Below are positions 17,778 through 28,153 of a DNA stretch of 64,000 nt, piece after piece (position 1 is the stretch's first letter; the number at the start of each line of letters is the position of its first letter). The DNA comes from Candidatus Latescibacterota bacterium (lineage in GTDB: Bacteria > Latescibacterota > UBA2968). The notes beneath the pieces are model-generated. The model was not told the origin of the DNA. It saw only the letters and a program-made list of their open reading frames with translations, and ran no database searches. Position numbers and translations under genes: made by a program. The stretch covers positions 5,120,001-5,184,000 of the forward strand of contig OZ242195.1 in assembly GCA_965205975.1 (NCBI GenBank). The letters are read 5' to 3'.

Positions 17778-18791
17778 CTATCTCAGGTGAACAGGTGCGC
17801 CCCGATCCCGTGCGGATGCTTCAGCGGCGAAGCAGGCCAGATGGGTGTTGACCGCTACTGATAGATTGTCGTGGGATTCCATATCGGTCGTGATACAGTC
17901 GATGAAGTGGTCGATCATTTCCTGGAAGGGGTGGTGTGATACTGCGCCGCTGTCTGGCAATACGGTTGGAATCTCAGCCAGATCCTGTTGTCCGGGGATT
18001 TGTTTTGTATAAAATCGGTTGTTGCGGATTATGCCTTCGTCGCCAAATACTTCCAGGTTGAATACATAGGGCATAAAAAATTCGGTCGATCCGGAAATTT
18101 TTCCCGCGGTGCCGCGTTCGAACTGAACCGCGGCTGCGGTTGTTGCGAGATATGTTTCGGGATGACTGGAATTGCGAGCAGAGACGCCCGATACCTGAAT
18201 GATGGGGTCGTTATCCAGCACATATCGCGCAGCATCCACTGCATGACAGCCTCCGTGTACAATAGCCCCGGCATTCATGGGATTCCACCCGGGTTTTTCA
18301 AATTTTTTGGGGCGCTGATGGGTTGGTCCGTGCCAGTAGTCGGCCTGTACGAGAAGTGGCTGTCCGATCCATCCTTTTTCAATGGCCTGTTTGATGGACA
18401 GCACCATTGGGTTCCATCGCAGGACAAAGCTCACGACGGTTTTTACCCCGGCTTTTTGAACCGCTGCATCCATGGCGTGAAGTTCGTCTGGGTTCAAGGC
18501 CACGGGTTTTTCGATCAGGATGTGTTTGCCAGCTTCGGCTGCTGCGATGGCTTCTGCGGCGTGTAAATCCGGGGGGGTGCAAATCGATACCAGGTCCACG
18601 CCGGGATGGGCGATCATGCGGTCGTAAGAATCGAATAGTTCACAATCTATACCGCAGGCGATGGCCTTTTTTTTCGCGCTTTCTAACGTGCGACTGCCAA
18701 TGGCTACGACCCGGGTATGGGGATTGTTCTGGTATGCTTTGATATGTTCGGTGGATACATTTCCCGCGCCCTGAATTGCCACGCCGATCAT
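17778..18791 (-). CDS. Gfo/Idh/MocA family oxidoreductase
   Basis: GAGNVS, CTPPDLH, HILIEKPVA, GGCHAVD. Confidence 0.92.
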   Translation of the reverse strand: MIGVAIQGAGNVSTEHIKAYQNNPHTRVVAIGSRTLESAKKKAIACGIDCELFDSYDRMIAHPGVDLVSICTPPDLHAAEAIAAAEAGKHILIEKPVALNPDELHAMDAAVQKAGVKTVVSFVLRWNPMVLSIKQAIEKGWIGQPLLVQADYWHGPTHQRPKKFEKPGWNPMNAGAIVHGGCHAVDAARYVLDNDPIIQVSGVSARNSSHPETYLATTAAAVQFERGTAGKISGSTEFFMPYVFNLEVFGDEGIIRNNRFYTKQIPGQQDLAEIPTVLPDSGAVSHHPFQEMIDHFIDCITTDMESHDNLSVAVNTHLACFAAEASARDRGAPVHLR

Positions 18792-18804
18792 CGCAATTTC
18801 CTTT

Positions 18805-20769
18805 TTAATAATTGTGTACATTGTGCCCGCGTGCGGGGAACCACACCCAATCGATGGCGAAGACCAGAGCTGTACTCAAAGCCTGGGCGACGATCAATCC
18901 AATAAAAAAGGGCTTGCCGCGTTCGTAGAGATCCACGCCGCCTATTCTCATCAGCAGGGATTTGATTGCCCAGACGATCAGAATTGAAAATACGACCTTT
19001 GTGACGCCGTAGTTGCCCTGTATGGCCAGGCCAATGGGATGCAGGGGCCACCAGGGGAGCCAATAGCGCGCCATCGTGAACGCGGCCATAGCTGCCGCAC
19101 CGATTAAAGCCCATATCGCCAATCCGCCTTTGCCACCCATTGGAATTGGGTTGCGGATGGAGTTGATAGCTTTGTTAAATGCGCCAGGCGCGGCGTTTTT
19201 GAGTCCCATGTTGCCCAGGTTGTACGCGCCATAAGCGTATCCCAGGTACAGTGTGTTGGCAATGGAAACCACATAGCCCAGGATGAGTGATATCCCGATC
19301 ATCAGGGCAATCTGTCTGGGTTTTACCACGCGATCTACGGCTTTGACCGATTGTGTCATAGCGGGCATGACATAGCCTTTGCCAGCGCTGTTAAATATCC
19401 GCATAAACGATAGGATTGTGACACTTTGCCCGCTGATTGTTGGTGTGCCCCAAATTTGCAACGCCGCGTCAAAAGGCTGTACCTGATAGTACACGTACAC
19501 GAGGCCGAGTTCGGCAACCACGCGAGAAAGCCCCAAAAATGTCAACAGGGCAATTGGCAAAAATGTGAGGATGACGAATAGTGCCAGGCCCGCAGCGTAT
19601 AACCACGCGGCGACAAACGATAGGGAGACAATCAGGCCGATCACAGCCGTGCGATACGATAGTAATTCGCCGCTGTCATCGACATCGCAATCTATATGCA
19701 TGGCTTTTCGCCAGACATCTGTGAGATGTGCGCGGCCCATCCACAGGCTCCAAATCGCCAGAAAAATGAGTGCGCCCCCGCTTTGCCAACCCAGTGCGGG
19801 GCTTTGCCACTGTCGGTCTGCTGCACCCGGCGTGTACCCAAATTTGTTGAATAAAAGGACTTCAAAGCCAGATAAAAACACCCATACCCAAACGCTGAAT
19901 AGCACGTCCAATCGCGCAAAATAACCGAAGCCAATTGCGTAAAAACTGACTCTGCGAATTAAAAAAGGATAGTCGGGATAGAACCGAAACTGCCCGCCTT
20001 CAAACGGGATGTGCGGAAAAATCGGTGTGAAGTACGACCCGATGTTCCAGACTTTCAGCAGCATCACGAGACCAAACGCGATCCAGAAAAGCGGCGACGA
20101 AAAAACTTGAGATAGCTTGCCCCCTTTTTGGGTCTGGGTCAATAGTGTGCCGACTTCTACGATGGGATAGGTCAAGCGTTCGTGATCTACCCACTGTCGG
20201 CGCAACATGACGACCACACAAAAAACGGCAAATGCGACTGCGCCGAGGAAACATGTCCACCAGAAAAGCGGGGTTATCCACGCGCCAAGTGCGGGGATAT
20301 GGCCTGCGGGCGTGCCTTCGTAAAACCAGTTCATCGCGCCCGTATCATTTTGCGGTGCCAGCCACGTTGGGATATTGTGATGGAGATAAAAATTCCATCC
20401 ATTTTCTGGCGTGGCAAAATAATACACCCCGGCCAAGACACCGATGAGGTGCCCGGTAACGCCGTCATAAGGCACAATTGCGGCGACGAGTCCCATCCCC
20501 AAAACCACGCGCAATTCCGGTGGTGTGAGCACGAGAGAGGGCAAGAACCGGCGCGCGATGATGTTCAATACGGCCAGCGATAAGAATGGAAAGAACAGTG
20601 CCAGGGGGAAATGGCTGCGACTGATATTGGAGCCGCTCATGTAGTAAGCCATCCACTCGTCCCACAAGACGGTTGCGATGATGATCACGATGGCTACAAA
20701 AATGGCCCGGGGCGTTACGGCGCGGCCGCTTTGAACCTCAGGTGCCCGATATGTCGATGCTTCTGCCAT
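18805..20769 (-). CDS. Large polytopic membrane protein (DUF6785/DUF6784-like putative transporter)
   Basis: Many TM helices; RRQWVDHERLTYPI, WWPLHPIG, PFFIGLIV motifs; start reassigned to MAEAST. Confidence 0.75.
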   Translation of the reverse strand: MAEASTYRAPEVQSGRAVTPRAIFVAIVIIIATVLWDEWMAYYMSGSNISRSHFPLALFFPFLSLAVLNIIARRFLPSLVLTPPELRVVLGMGLVAAIVPYDGVTGHLIGVLAGVYYFATPENGWNFYLHHNIPTWLAPQNDTGAMNWFYEGTPAGHIPALGAWITPLFWWTCFLGAVAFAVFCVVVMLRRQWVDHERLTYPIVEVGTLLTQTQKGGKLSQVFSSPLFWIAFGLVMLLKVWNIGSYFTPIFPHIPFEGGQFRFYPDYPFLIRRVSFYAIGFGYFARLDVLFSVWVWVFLSGFEVLLFNKFGYTPGAADRQWQSPALGWQSGGALIFLAIWSLWMGRAHLTDVWRKAMHIDCDVDDSGELLSYRTAVIGLIVSLSFVAAWLYAAGLALFVILTFLPIALLTFLGLSRVVAELGLVYVYYQVQPFDAALQIWGTPTISGQSVTILSFMRIFNSAGKGYVMPAMTQSVKAVDRVVKPRQIALMIGISLILGYVVSIANTLYLGYAYGAYNLGNMGLKNAAPGAFNKAINSIRNPIPMGGKGGLAIWALIGAAAMAAFTMARYWLPWWPLHPIGLAIQGNYGVTKVVFSILIVWAIKSLLMRIGGVDLYERGKPFFIGLIVAQALSTALVFAIDWVWFPARGHNVHNY

Positions 20770-20770
20770 T

Positions 20771-22666
20771 TTATTCCAAATGCCAATCGGGGTCTTCGAG
20801 GGCTTCATAGACCACGCCGCCTTCGACCTGCATCGGCATGGGCACACCGGTGAGATAACAGATTGTGGGCGCGACATCGATTGAGCGCACTTGTTTTGTG
20901 AGCAGGCCAGTCTGCTTAATTCCCGCGCCCGCAATCACAAATGTCGAATGCTGACCGGCCATGCCAAAGCTCACCGAGGGCAATTGCTTGCCGTGCGCGC
21001 CGTCAAATTCGGGATGCAGTGCATAGACCACATCGCCGACCAGATCGCTCCACAAGTTGACCATTTCGGCATTTTCGCGGCTCAGAGCCAGCGCGAAGGG
21101 GTGGCGCCCAGTGGCTTCGTCTTTGTATTCCATCAGCGCGGCAATTAGTTCTCGGCGCACTGTTTCGTAATCGTCCTGGGGAACAATTCCGTCGGGTTCG
21201 CGCCCTTCCAGATTGATGAAGATATGCACCAATCCCACATCGCAGGCGCGCGTTTTGCTCCAGTCGATTTGCCCATTTTCGTGGTATTTCACAAATCCCG
21301 TTTCTGTGAGGACTTTGCGGATGTTGACCGCGGGGAATTGATTGGATGTGCCGCCGTGATCGGCTACCACTGCGACGACGGTATCGTCATCGGCAATATC
21401 GTCAACGATGCGACCGATCATGCGATCAATTGACTGATAGGTGCGGAAGACGCCTTCGCGCGACCGCTCGAGGACCGATTGCTCGGCACCGCTCGTGGGA
21501 TCGGCCTGTCCGAGGAAGAAGTGGCTCGTATAATCCGACGCGTGCGTTTCAATCATCAGCAGATCCCATGGGCGAGATCCCGTCAGATACTGCGCCACAT
21601 CGGCCAGTCGCTGGTGGTGGAATTCCAGCAATTCAAAATACGTGTCGTCGTCAATTACGCCCAGGGCATCGCGGGCGGGATTTTGCAAGAAGTTACCGAC
21701 GTTTTCGTCGATTTCCCGCGCGATTGACGCCGGTTTGGTATAGCCATCGGGAGGCCAGATTTGCGGTACGAATAGCTCGAACATATCGGCATTTTCGGTC
21801 AGGGAGATCAGCTTCATCTGTACGTGACCGCTTACCTGTTCGCCGTCGATTTCAAATGTGTCGAGCCACCAATCGCTCCATTCGCCCGCGCCGAGGTCAC
21901 ATACTTTTGTATCCCCGTCCCGCGTGTGGCATACGGACACGCGATCGTATCCCTTTGCGGTTGTCGCGTAGATCAAACCGTAGAATGGTTTGGGCGTGCC
22001 TTTCTTTCCCCGGTTCATGGGTGCGCGCCCGCGTGCCAGAGGCGTGATCACCATTTCGACTTCGAGCGGTGGCTTTTCGGAATCGGGCAGTGCTGTCCAT
22101 CCATCTGCCGCTTTGAGGGTGACGGGATCAAATTCTGATACGGTTTGCAGGGCACTCGGGTCCAGTGTTTCGGGGTCGCGCTGTACGACCAGTCGCCGCG
22201 GTGCCCACTTGCCTCCTACAAATAAGTGATAGCCCGCGACTTGATGGTGATTGGATACGCCGGGTCCCGTACCTTCCACCTGGATCCCGGTCGTGACGGT
22301 GGGCGGCCACGACATTTCCCATTTGACCAGAATTGGCGTTTTACCCGCACGTTCATAAGTGTTCCAGATATATTCCGATTTGGACAGATCCGTATTGATG
22401 CCCCAGACGGTCTGATCCAGTCGTTTGCCCAGGGCGCGGATGTTAAAATCCATCACTTCGTGATTGCCCGGCCATGATCCCGTGGCTATAGCCGTCCATC
22501 CCGGTGGCGTGAGGGTGGGAAATACGCCAATCATGGGGCGCCAGGCTCCGCGTTCCATTAGTTTTGCGACATTGGGCATGTGTCCCCAGTCGGCCAGGTT
22601 TTTCACTATTTCCATGCTCGCCCCATCCATCCCTATGACAATTGCCTTTTTTGCTGGACTTTCCAT
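20771..22666 (-). CDS. Alkaline phosphatase superfamily (type I phosphodiesterase/nucleotide pyrophosphatase)
   Basis: IGMDGA, PTLTPPGWTAIATG (Thr nucleophile), VADHG, DVAPTI. Confidence 0.88.
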   Translation of the reverse strand: MESPAKKAIVIGMDGASMEIVKNLADWGHMPNVAKLMERGAWRPMIGVFPTLTPPGWTAIATGSWPGNHEVMDFNIRALGKRLDQTVWGINTDLSKSEYIWNTYERAGKTPILVKWEMSWPPTVTTGIQVEGTGPGVSNHHQVAGYHLFVGGKWAPRRLVVQRDPETLDPSALQTVSEFDPVTLKAADGWTALPDSEKPPLEVEMVITPLARGRAPMNRGKKGTPKPFYGLIYATTAKGYDRVSVCHTRDGDTKVCDLGAGEWSDWWLDTFEIDGEQVSGHVQMKLISLTENADMFELFVPQIWPPDGYTKPASIAREIDENVGNFLQNPARDALGVIDDDTYFELLEFHHQRLADVAQYLTGSRPWDLLMIETHASDYTSHFFLGQADPTSGAEQSVLERSREGVFRTYQSIDRMIGRIVDDIADDDTVVAVVADHGGTSNQFPAVNIRKVLTETGFVKYHENGQIDWSKTRACDVGLVHIFINLEGREPDGIVPQDDYETVRRELIAALMEYKDEATGRHPFALALSRENAEMVNLWSDLVGDVVYALHPEFDGAHGKQLPSVSFGMAGQHSTFVIAGAGIKQTGLLTKQVRSIDVAPTICYLTGVPMPMQVEGGVVYEALEDPDWHLE

Positions 22667-22705
22667 ATACTCCTCCTCAAAGTGATTGAAGAACGTCTCG
22701 CGTTA

Positions 22706-23419
22706 TCACACGTCGCGTTTGTAATAATTTTCCCAGCGTTCAGCCGGTTCGTAACCCAAAATGCGTTTTGCTTTTTCCATGGTGTATTTCTGGTGCGCTG
22801 TCATACTCACCATGTTGAATTCCTGATAATTATCCGGCACGGATTCGATATCCAGCGCGAGACAACACGCATGGGCCAGGTCTTTCCAAAATATGCGAAA
22901 TGGAGGGAAGTCCTCGCCTTTGATTGGCTCACTCGGCTCCAGACCCAGGCCGTTGAATACAAAACAAATCGTCTGTATATCGTATATTCGCGCATACGTG
23001 CGACATATCTCGTAGCTGAGCATTTTGGTTATGCCGTAATACCCGGTGCCGGGGGCGCGGGGGACATCGGTGATTTCAAAATCCTGATCGTAATAACTCC
23101 GCACCAGTTGTGGTCCCGTATGCACCACTTTTTTGATGCCCAATTCGGCGGCGGCTTTCATGACGTGCAGCGCGCCCAGTGTACTGACGTGAAAGCTCAG
23201 TATGGGGTCGGGACGGTTCACTGTAAAATTCATCACCGCGTCCATGCCCCGCATTGCATCGCGCACCTGGTCGTAATCGCGCATATCTACATGTTCGATG
23301 GGCCGACCATCGGGATAGGGCTTTACGTCGGCCAATGTGAAATCGCAATGCGGTTCCATATCCGGTATGATATTGGGAGCAATCTGTCCCGAAGCACCCA
23401 GCAAAAGTACTTTTTTCAC
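22706..23419 (-). CDS. NAD-dependent epimerase/dehydratase (uronate dehydrogenase-like)
   Basis: LLGASGQIA, YGITK. Confidence 0.85.
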   Translation of the reverse strand: MKKVLLLGASGQIAPNIIPDMEPHCDFTLADVKPYPDGRPIEHVDMRDYDQVRDAMRGMDAVMNFTVNRPDPILSFHVSTLGALHVMKAAAELGIKKVVHTGPQLVRSYYDQDFEITDVPRAPGTGYYGITKMLSYEICRTYARIYDIQTICFVFNGLGLEPSEPIKGEDFPPFRIFWKDLAHACCLALDIESVPDNYQEFNMVSMTAHQKYTMEKAKRILGYEPAERWENYYKRDV

Positions 23420-24183
23420 GCGTCACCTCCACGCCAGATGGCTTCAAAATTGTGTTGCGGTTGAAATCCTCGCAATTGAGATCCACTAATTTTGCCGACC
23501 AGATATTTTGGATTTGGAATGTCTGCACAAATGTGATGGAGGGCAAATCGCCTGTTCCATTTCAATTCGGACTGGGCATCGCGATTGAGCGATAGGCGAA
23601 ATGCCCGCGCCGCATCGCGATAATCGACCCACATGAGGTCTGGGTCCAGTGGGGAAGCATCTTCTTCTGCTATTAGCTTGCCCAGTCGCAATACTGTGAC
23701 GGCTACGGGAAAATCGCGCGCAAATTCGCGTGCTGTCATTTCGCCGAGATACCGCGTAAGTTGGAATTTGTCCGTGGATGGCAAGGGACGCCACATTTCG
23801 CTGATATATACATCATCGGGATAGGCTTCAAATATTTGGAGGGTGCTTCCATATACAAACCGCTTTATACCGGCATCTATACCAGCTTTGAATAGGACAT
23901 GGGTGCCCCGCGTTGCCAAATCGAGTAATTCACGTTCGCAGGCGAAATCGTCTTCTGGTAGATTGGGGGGTGGCTCACCTGTGTATATAATAGCCTGCAT
24001 GTTTCGAACAGCACGCCACGCTACGTCTGGGTCGCGCAGGTCGCCTTCAAAATAGGTGATGTTTTCATCCTGTTCAGAAGGCGGGTCGCCCGTTCCCCAT
24101 AGTCGCAACTGGTTGCCTGGTGCCAATTCTCTGGCGATGGCCTGTCCCAGATGGCTCTCGGCTCCTGTTATCAGTACATTCAT
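23416..24183 (-). CDS. NAD-dependent epimerase/dehydratase-like, catalytic YxxxK degenerate (FQLTR)
   Basis: LITGAESHLG, FVYGST, VTVLRLG; 4-nt overlap with the downstream paralog. Confidence 0.8.
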   Translation of the reverse strand: MNVLITGAESHLGQAIARELAPGNQLRLWGTGDPPSEQDENITYFEGDLRDPDVAWRAVRNMQAIIYTGEPPPNLPEDDFACERELLDLATRGTHVLFKAGIDAGIKRFVYGSTLQIFEAYPDDVYISEMWRPLPSTDKFQLTRYLGEMTAREFARDFPVAVTVLRLGKLIAEEDASPLDPDLMWVDYRDAARAFRLSLNRDAQSELKWNRRFALHHICADIPNPKYLVGKISGSQLRGFQPQHNFEAIWRGGDA

Positions 24184-24890
24184 AATTTATCCTCCAGATC
24201 AGATTCCCATCCAAATTGCTGGCATAAGCGCTGAATGGGGCCGGGGATTGGCGCGGAGATTTCGATCCATTTCTCCGATTTGGGGTGTGCAAAACCGATG
24301 CGGGTAGCCATTAGGAGCAATCGGTCAATTTCAAAATGGGATTGAAAAAAGCGATTGTGATGGCGGTCTCCATAGCGCGTATCGCCGATGATTGGATGGT
24401 GCAGATGCGCACAGTGGCGGCGGATTTGGTGTTGCCGACCTGTTACTGGCATTGCGCGCATGAGCGAATACCGCGCGGTTTCATATCGGCCCACGGGGTA
24501 CGGTAGTTCAACTGTGCCTTTGCAGTGAAAATCTGTGACGGCATCGACGGGCGACGATGTGTTAGGTGGGCAATAGGCGTGGTGTATCCGCCCTTTGTCT
24601 GGTAAGTACCCGCGCACTACGACCAGATATTCTTTTTTTACCTGTCGCGCTGAAAATGCAGCGCCCAATGTGCGTGCGATTTCAGGGCGAAGTGCGAATA
24701 GTACAACGCCCGATGTCCCGCGATCCAGGCGGTGAACCGGATAAACCCACTGCCCGAGTTGATTTCGCAATACGGGCATACAACACATGGTCGATCGATC
24801 CAGGTGGGTCTGGTGTACAAACCAGCCACACGGTTTTTGTATGGCAACAAGATCATTGTCGCCATACAGGATGTTCAGCTTCAAAATCAA
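24180..24890 (-). CDS. truC: tRNA pseudouridine(65) synthase, RluA family
   Basis: KPCGWFVH, VHRLDRGTSG, RYETARYSL, TGRQHQIRRH, HPIIGDTRYGD. Confidence 0.85.
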   Translation of the reverse strand: MILKLNILYGDNDLVAIQKPCGWFVHQTHLDRSTMCCMPVLRNQLGQWVYPVHRLDRGTSGVVLFALRPEIARTLGAAFSARQVKKEYLVVVRGYLPDKGRIHHAYCPPNTSSPVDAVTDFHCKGTVELPYPVGRYETARYSLMRAMPVTGRQHQIRRHCAHLHHPIIGDTRYGDRHHNRFFQSHFEIDRLLLMATRIGFAHPKSEKWIEISAPIPGPIQRLCQQFGWESDLEDKL

Positions 24891-24896
24891 TTCTCG

Positions 24897-25595
24897 CTAC
24901 TTAATCTCGAGCAATTCCAATTCGAATATAAGCGTTGAATTGGGACTAATTTGCCCGGCTTGCCGCGCGCCATAAGCCAGATAGGAGGGGATATAGAGTT
25001 CCCATTTTGATCCTGAGGGCATGAGTTGCAGGGCTTCTGTCCAGCCGGGAATGAGTTGATCTACGCGAAATTGCGCCGGTTCCCCGCGGCTATAAGAACT
25101 GTCAAATTCCGTGCCGTCGAGCAATGTCCCGCGATAGTGGCATACTACTGAGTCAGTTTTTTGGGGTTTCGCCCCGTCGCCGGCTTTGATCACTTTGTAT
25201 TGCAAGCCGCTGTCCAATGTCACTACGCCTTCTTTTTTCATGTTTTCCGCGAGGAAAGCCTCGCCAGCTTTTTTGTTTTCTGCTGCCATTTTGTTTTTCT
25301 CCGCTTGTTGTTGTGCCATTTGTTCCTGTCTTATCTCGAGTATAAATTTTACTGCCTCGTCCCAGGAAAGCAGGGGGGATTCTCCAGAATAACCGTCTTT
25401 GAATCCCTGTACAAATACATCCAGATCAATAGCCATGCCCTGCTGCTGTTTTAATTGATGGGATAAATCTAAGCCTATTGCATAACTCAGCTTATGTTCC
25501 TTGTCCTCGAGGTTGACTTCTACAAATTCGGGTTTTTCCTGTGCCTGGCAACCCAATAAGCCAGCAGCAATGAATACTGCAAAAAGACGCTTCAT
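24897..25595 (-). CDS. FKBP-type peptidyl-prolyl isomerase (FkpA/Mip-like lipoprotein)
   Basis: Lipobox LLGC; SYAIG; SGLQYKV; HYRGTLLDGTEFDSS; IPGWTEAL; LAYG. Confidence 0.95.
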   Translation of the reverse strand: MKRLFAVFIAAGLLGCQAQEKPEFVEVNLEDKEHKLSYAIGLDLSHQLKQQQGMAIDLDVFVQGFKDGYSGESPLLSWDEAVKFILEIRQEQMAQQQAEKNKMAAENKKAGEAFLAENMKKEGVVTLDSGLQYKVIKAGDGAKPQKTDSVVCHYRGTLLDGTEFDSSYSRGEPAQFRVDQLIPGWTEALQLMPSGSKWELYIPSYLAYGARQAGQISPNSTLIFELELLEIK

Positions 25596-25616
25596 GTTTT
25601 CTCCTGAATGATAGGG

Positions 25617-25696
25617 TGCGAATCTACGAATCTGCGAATCTACGAATCTGCGAATCTACGAATCTGCGAATCTACGAATCTGCGAATCTACGAATC
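25617..25696. repeat. Tandem repeat (TGCGAATCTACGAATC)x5
   Basis: Five perfect 16-bp units built from alternating 8-mers. Confidence 0.95.
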
Positions 25697-25760
25697 AATG
25701 TAGGGGCGGTGCCCCTGTGCCCTCCCGTTGGGTGGTGGGGCGGGGTTCGTCTATTCGTCT
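25694..25760 (+). repeat. 67-bp direct repeat, copy 1 (contains a GTAG-type REP hairpin)
   Basis: 65/67 identical to 29548-29614 by manual alignment. Confidence 0.9.
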
Positions 25761-27279
25761 ATTCGCCAAATCGCGTTTTTACTTCCGATAGCACAATATC
25801 TGGAATATCCTCTGTGCGCTCAACTGCATAAACACAAATGTGATCCGCAACAGCAGCCCGCTGACGGAATCGTTGGGCATCCCGGTTTTGCGCTACGTGA
25901 ACAGCGGTTACCCGGTTTTCTTTTTGGATCAGAAATTGCATCAGTGCATCGAGGTTGGTGATCTGCATATCTGTTATGAGAAAAATATCCACATGATTTT
26001 TGAGAAGGGGGTCCAGATCGGGCAGATGTAACGCGGTTCCACCACCGAAGTAGCGGCACAGTGTGAAGAATACGCGCTTGCGATCTCTTGAGAAATCCAG
26101 TACTTCTTTTCCTCCTGCCTGTGCATCGCTAAAATTGTAAACGGCCACGCGCTTGCCCCGTCGCAAATACGCGTCGGCCGCGCATCCGGCACCTAAGACA
26201 GCGTGGGATGTTTCTCGACACGGATCGACCATACTGCCCGATGAATCGACAATGACCACACAATCGGGTATGCCATCGCCATCGCCGTGGGTTTCGCCAT
26301 CTCGCCAGTTCCACATCTGGGAAATGCCCGGCATGACGCGCCCAAAACTCGTCCACACATCGATATGTTGAACGGGTTTGCCAATTTCCCAGGGCGAGTG
26401 AGAATGCGGATGTAATCCGCCCACTTTTTCCAGGGGTATGGTTTGCACGGGCAAGCGAAATGCGGATGCGCGCGCCATGTAGAACAAGAGGTCGGCATCT
26501 GAGGGCGTGCCTTTGCCCCGGCCCATATCGGGCATCATGTTGGCGTCTTGTAGTTCGTCGGCAAAATCGCGCACCATTTCTCGAAAGGCATAAAATCCCT
26601 GCTCGGCAAATTGCGCCATTCCCTCCGCGAGTTCGCCTGCGGAATACTGCTGGGTATCGCCCATCATGCCACCCTGTCCATTTCCATCGTCCATTTCTTT
26701 TTGGATTAACGGGGCAATTACCTGTGCAAATGACCGAAGGCTATCGCCCCACTGCGAGGTGTCCAGATAGGGTATGCGGGCGAGCCGATCTACTTCGTCG
26801 CGATCTTCCACGCCCAAATTTTCCCCCCAAAGGCGCTGATACAATGCCCGAATTACGTCTGTCACTTCACTCGATTCAGTGTGGCGATACACTTCGGACA
26901 ATTTTGATTCGCGCTCGCGCACGGCATGGGTATCGACCACTACGTCCGAGAAATATTCGACTACCTGCTTGACCAATGCCCCATCCAATAACACGGGTTT
27001 GAGCGTGGCATATAGCTTTAAATGCGTCTCAAAATCCCAGGGACAAACAGTGTGATGCCCCACGCCGTGGTCCAGCAGTGCAGAGGTGGCGTCTTCTATG
27101 TCCATTACTTGCGCGAGGGCGGTCAGCCGATTGGCATTCAATTGGATCACTTTGTCCGTCATTTGAATGCTCGCGGCTTCGTCGCCTGTTTCGATTACTT
27201 CTGGCGTCGGCAATTCGGGAAATAGATGGCGCTTGCGAACAGCGGGCCAAATGCGCTGGATGATGTCGTTGAAGTTCAT
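25759..27279 (-). CDS. vWA domain protein with an N-terminal zincin-like domain (HGVGH in place of HExxH)
   Basis: MIDAS DSSGS...GGT...ITD; LLDHGVGHH motif; stop codon lies inside the flanking repeat. Confidence 0.8.
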   Translation of the reverse strand: MNFNDIIQRIWPAVRKRHLFPELPTPEVIETGDEAASIQMTDKVIQLNANRLTALAQVMDIEDATSALLDHGVGHHTVCPWDFETHLKLYATLKPVLLDGALVKQVVEYFSDVVVDTHAVRERESKLSEVYRHTESSEVTDVIRALYQRLWGENLGVEDRDEVDRLARIPYLDTSQWGDSLRSFAQVIAPLIQKEMDDGNGQGGMMGDTQQYSAGELAEGMAQFAEQGFYAFREMVRDFADELQDANMMPDMGRGKGTPSDADLLFYMARASAFRLPVQTIPLEKVGGLHPHSHSPWEIGKPVQHIDVWTSFGRVMPGISQMWNWRDGETHGDGDGIPDCVVIVDSSGSMVDPCRETSHAVLGAGCAADAYLRRGKRVAVYNFSDAQAGGKEVLDFSRDRKRVFFTLCRYFGGGTALHLPDLDPLLKNHVDIFLITDMQITNLDALMQFLIQKENRVTAVHVAQNRDAQRFRQRAAVADHICVYAVERTEDIPDIVLSEVKTRFGE

Positions 27280-27281
27280 GG

Positions 27282-27365
27282 ATTAGTGATTAGTGGTTAA
27301 GGGTTAGTCCGCCCAGCCCCCAATCCCTCTATTATTTTATCTGCGTCCATCTGCGTCCATCTGCG
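27282..27365. repeat. Composite low-complexity repeat: TTAGTG-like heptamers, CCAGCCCCCA motif and (TYYATCTGCG)x3
   Basis: Direct reading; resembles the reverse complement of 54102-54183. Confidence 0.7.
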
Positions 27366-28138
27366 GATGCTTTTTCCCCTCTGAGCATTTGGTCGCGGTG
27401 GTAAATCGCGCCGCCTTCAACATTGCCCACACCTCCCAGGCGTCCATTGATGTGGATTTCGCCGGCTTGCATTTGTTCGCCAATAGATCTGCCGGCGTCT
27501 CCCGATACTTCAATCCGCCCGTCGATCATACCTGCACCCAGATAGTGTCGGACATTCCCCTCGACCTTTAGGCAACCCCCCATGAGCGAAATGCCCGTGA
27601 GGTCGCCCAGGTCGCCCACAATGGTGAGTGTAATGTCTTTGCGAAGGCGATATCCCATAAGAGACAGGCGCAAATCGTGACCTGTGAGATCGAGATGAAT
27701 ATCCGATTGAGACGATGCGTTGCAAAAGGCCGATAAGAACAAGCCGAGGGGTTCCATGACAAAAAAAGCCGCGTCATTACTTTGAAGGGCGTGCGCGCAA
27801 AATGCTTCGAGATCAGTCATTTCCCAATCGATTTTTCCCACTATCTGCGATGCCGCAGCATAGGTCGATTCAATGGTTTTGCGGTCGGCTTGCCAGAGCC
27901 CCTCGCCGACGCATTCGGCGATCAGGGTGCGGTAAGCTGCCGTCAACCGATCCATTGCCTCGGTGTGAGATGCGAGAATTTCATCCATGGGCAGGGCGCG
28001 CTTTTTGCGTGTGTTTTCGACAAATTCGGCGAAGGGATTGCGCTTTGGGGATAGCAAGCCATTGACGCGCACTGCGTTTTCAGGGTTCAAATCGGATGAT
28101 GCAATCCGATCAAATTCTCGAAATGGATTTTTTCGCAT
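27332..28138 (-). CDS. GXGXG (FwdC / glutamate synthase C-terminal-like) beta-helix protein
   Basis: GDLGDLTG..LMGG.LKVEGNV..YLG.GM.DG.IEVSGDAG..IG.QM.AGEIHING repeats. Confidence 0.75.
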   Translation of the reverse strand: MRKNPFREFDRIASSDLNPENAVRVNGLLSPKRNPFAEFVENTRKKRALPMDEILASHTEAMDRLTAAYRTLIAECVGEGLWQADRKTIESTYAAASQIVGKIDWEMTDLEAFCAHALQSNDAAFFVMEPLGLFLSAFCNASSQSDIHLDLTGHDLRLSLMGYRLRKDITLTIVGDLGDLTGISLMGGCLKVEGNVRHYLGAGMIDGRIEVSGDAGRSIGEQMQAGEIHINGRLGGVGNVEGGAIYHRDQMLRGEKASADGRRWTQIK

Positions 28139-28153
28139 GTCTGGCTCCTGGAA

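Noticed and set aside
25617..25760. Tandem arrays (also 29600-29694, 5846-5895, 31852-31905) as CRISPR arrays
   Set aside because: Units of 8-16 bp are contiguous with no unique spacers, and there are no cas genes
25616..25831. ORFs 25616-25831, 29458-29733, 29582-30109 and 5828-6496
   Set aside because: Low-complexity translations of repeats, or antisense to well-supported genes
27332..28138. Calling the GXGXG gene fwdC or glutamate synthase
   Set aside because: Only a short beta-helix with an unrelated N-terminus; no other fwd/fmd/glt subunits nearby
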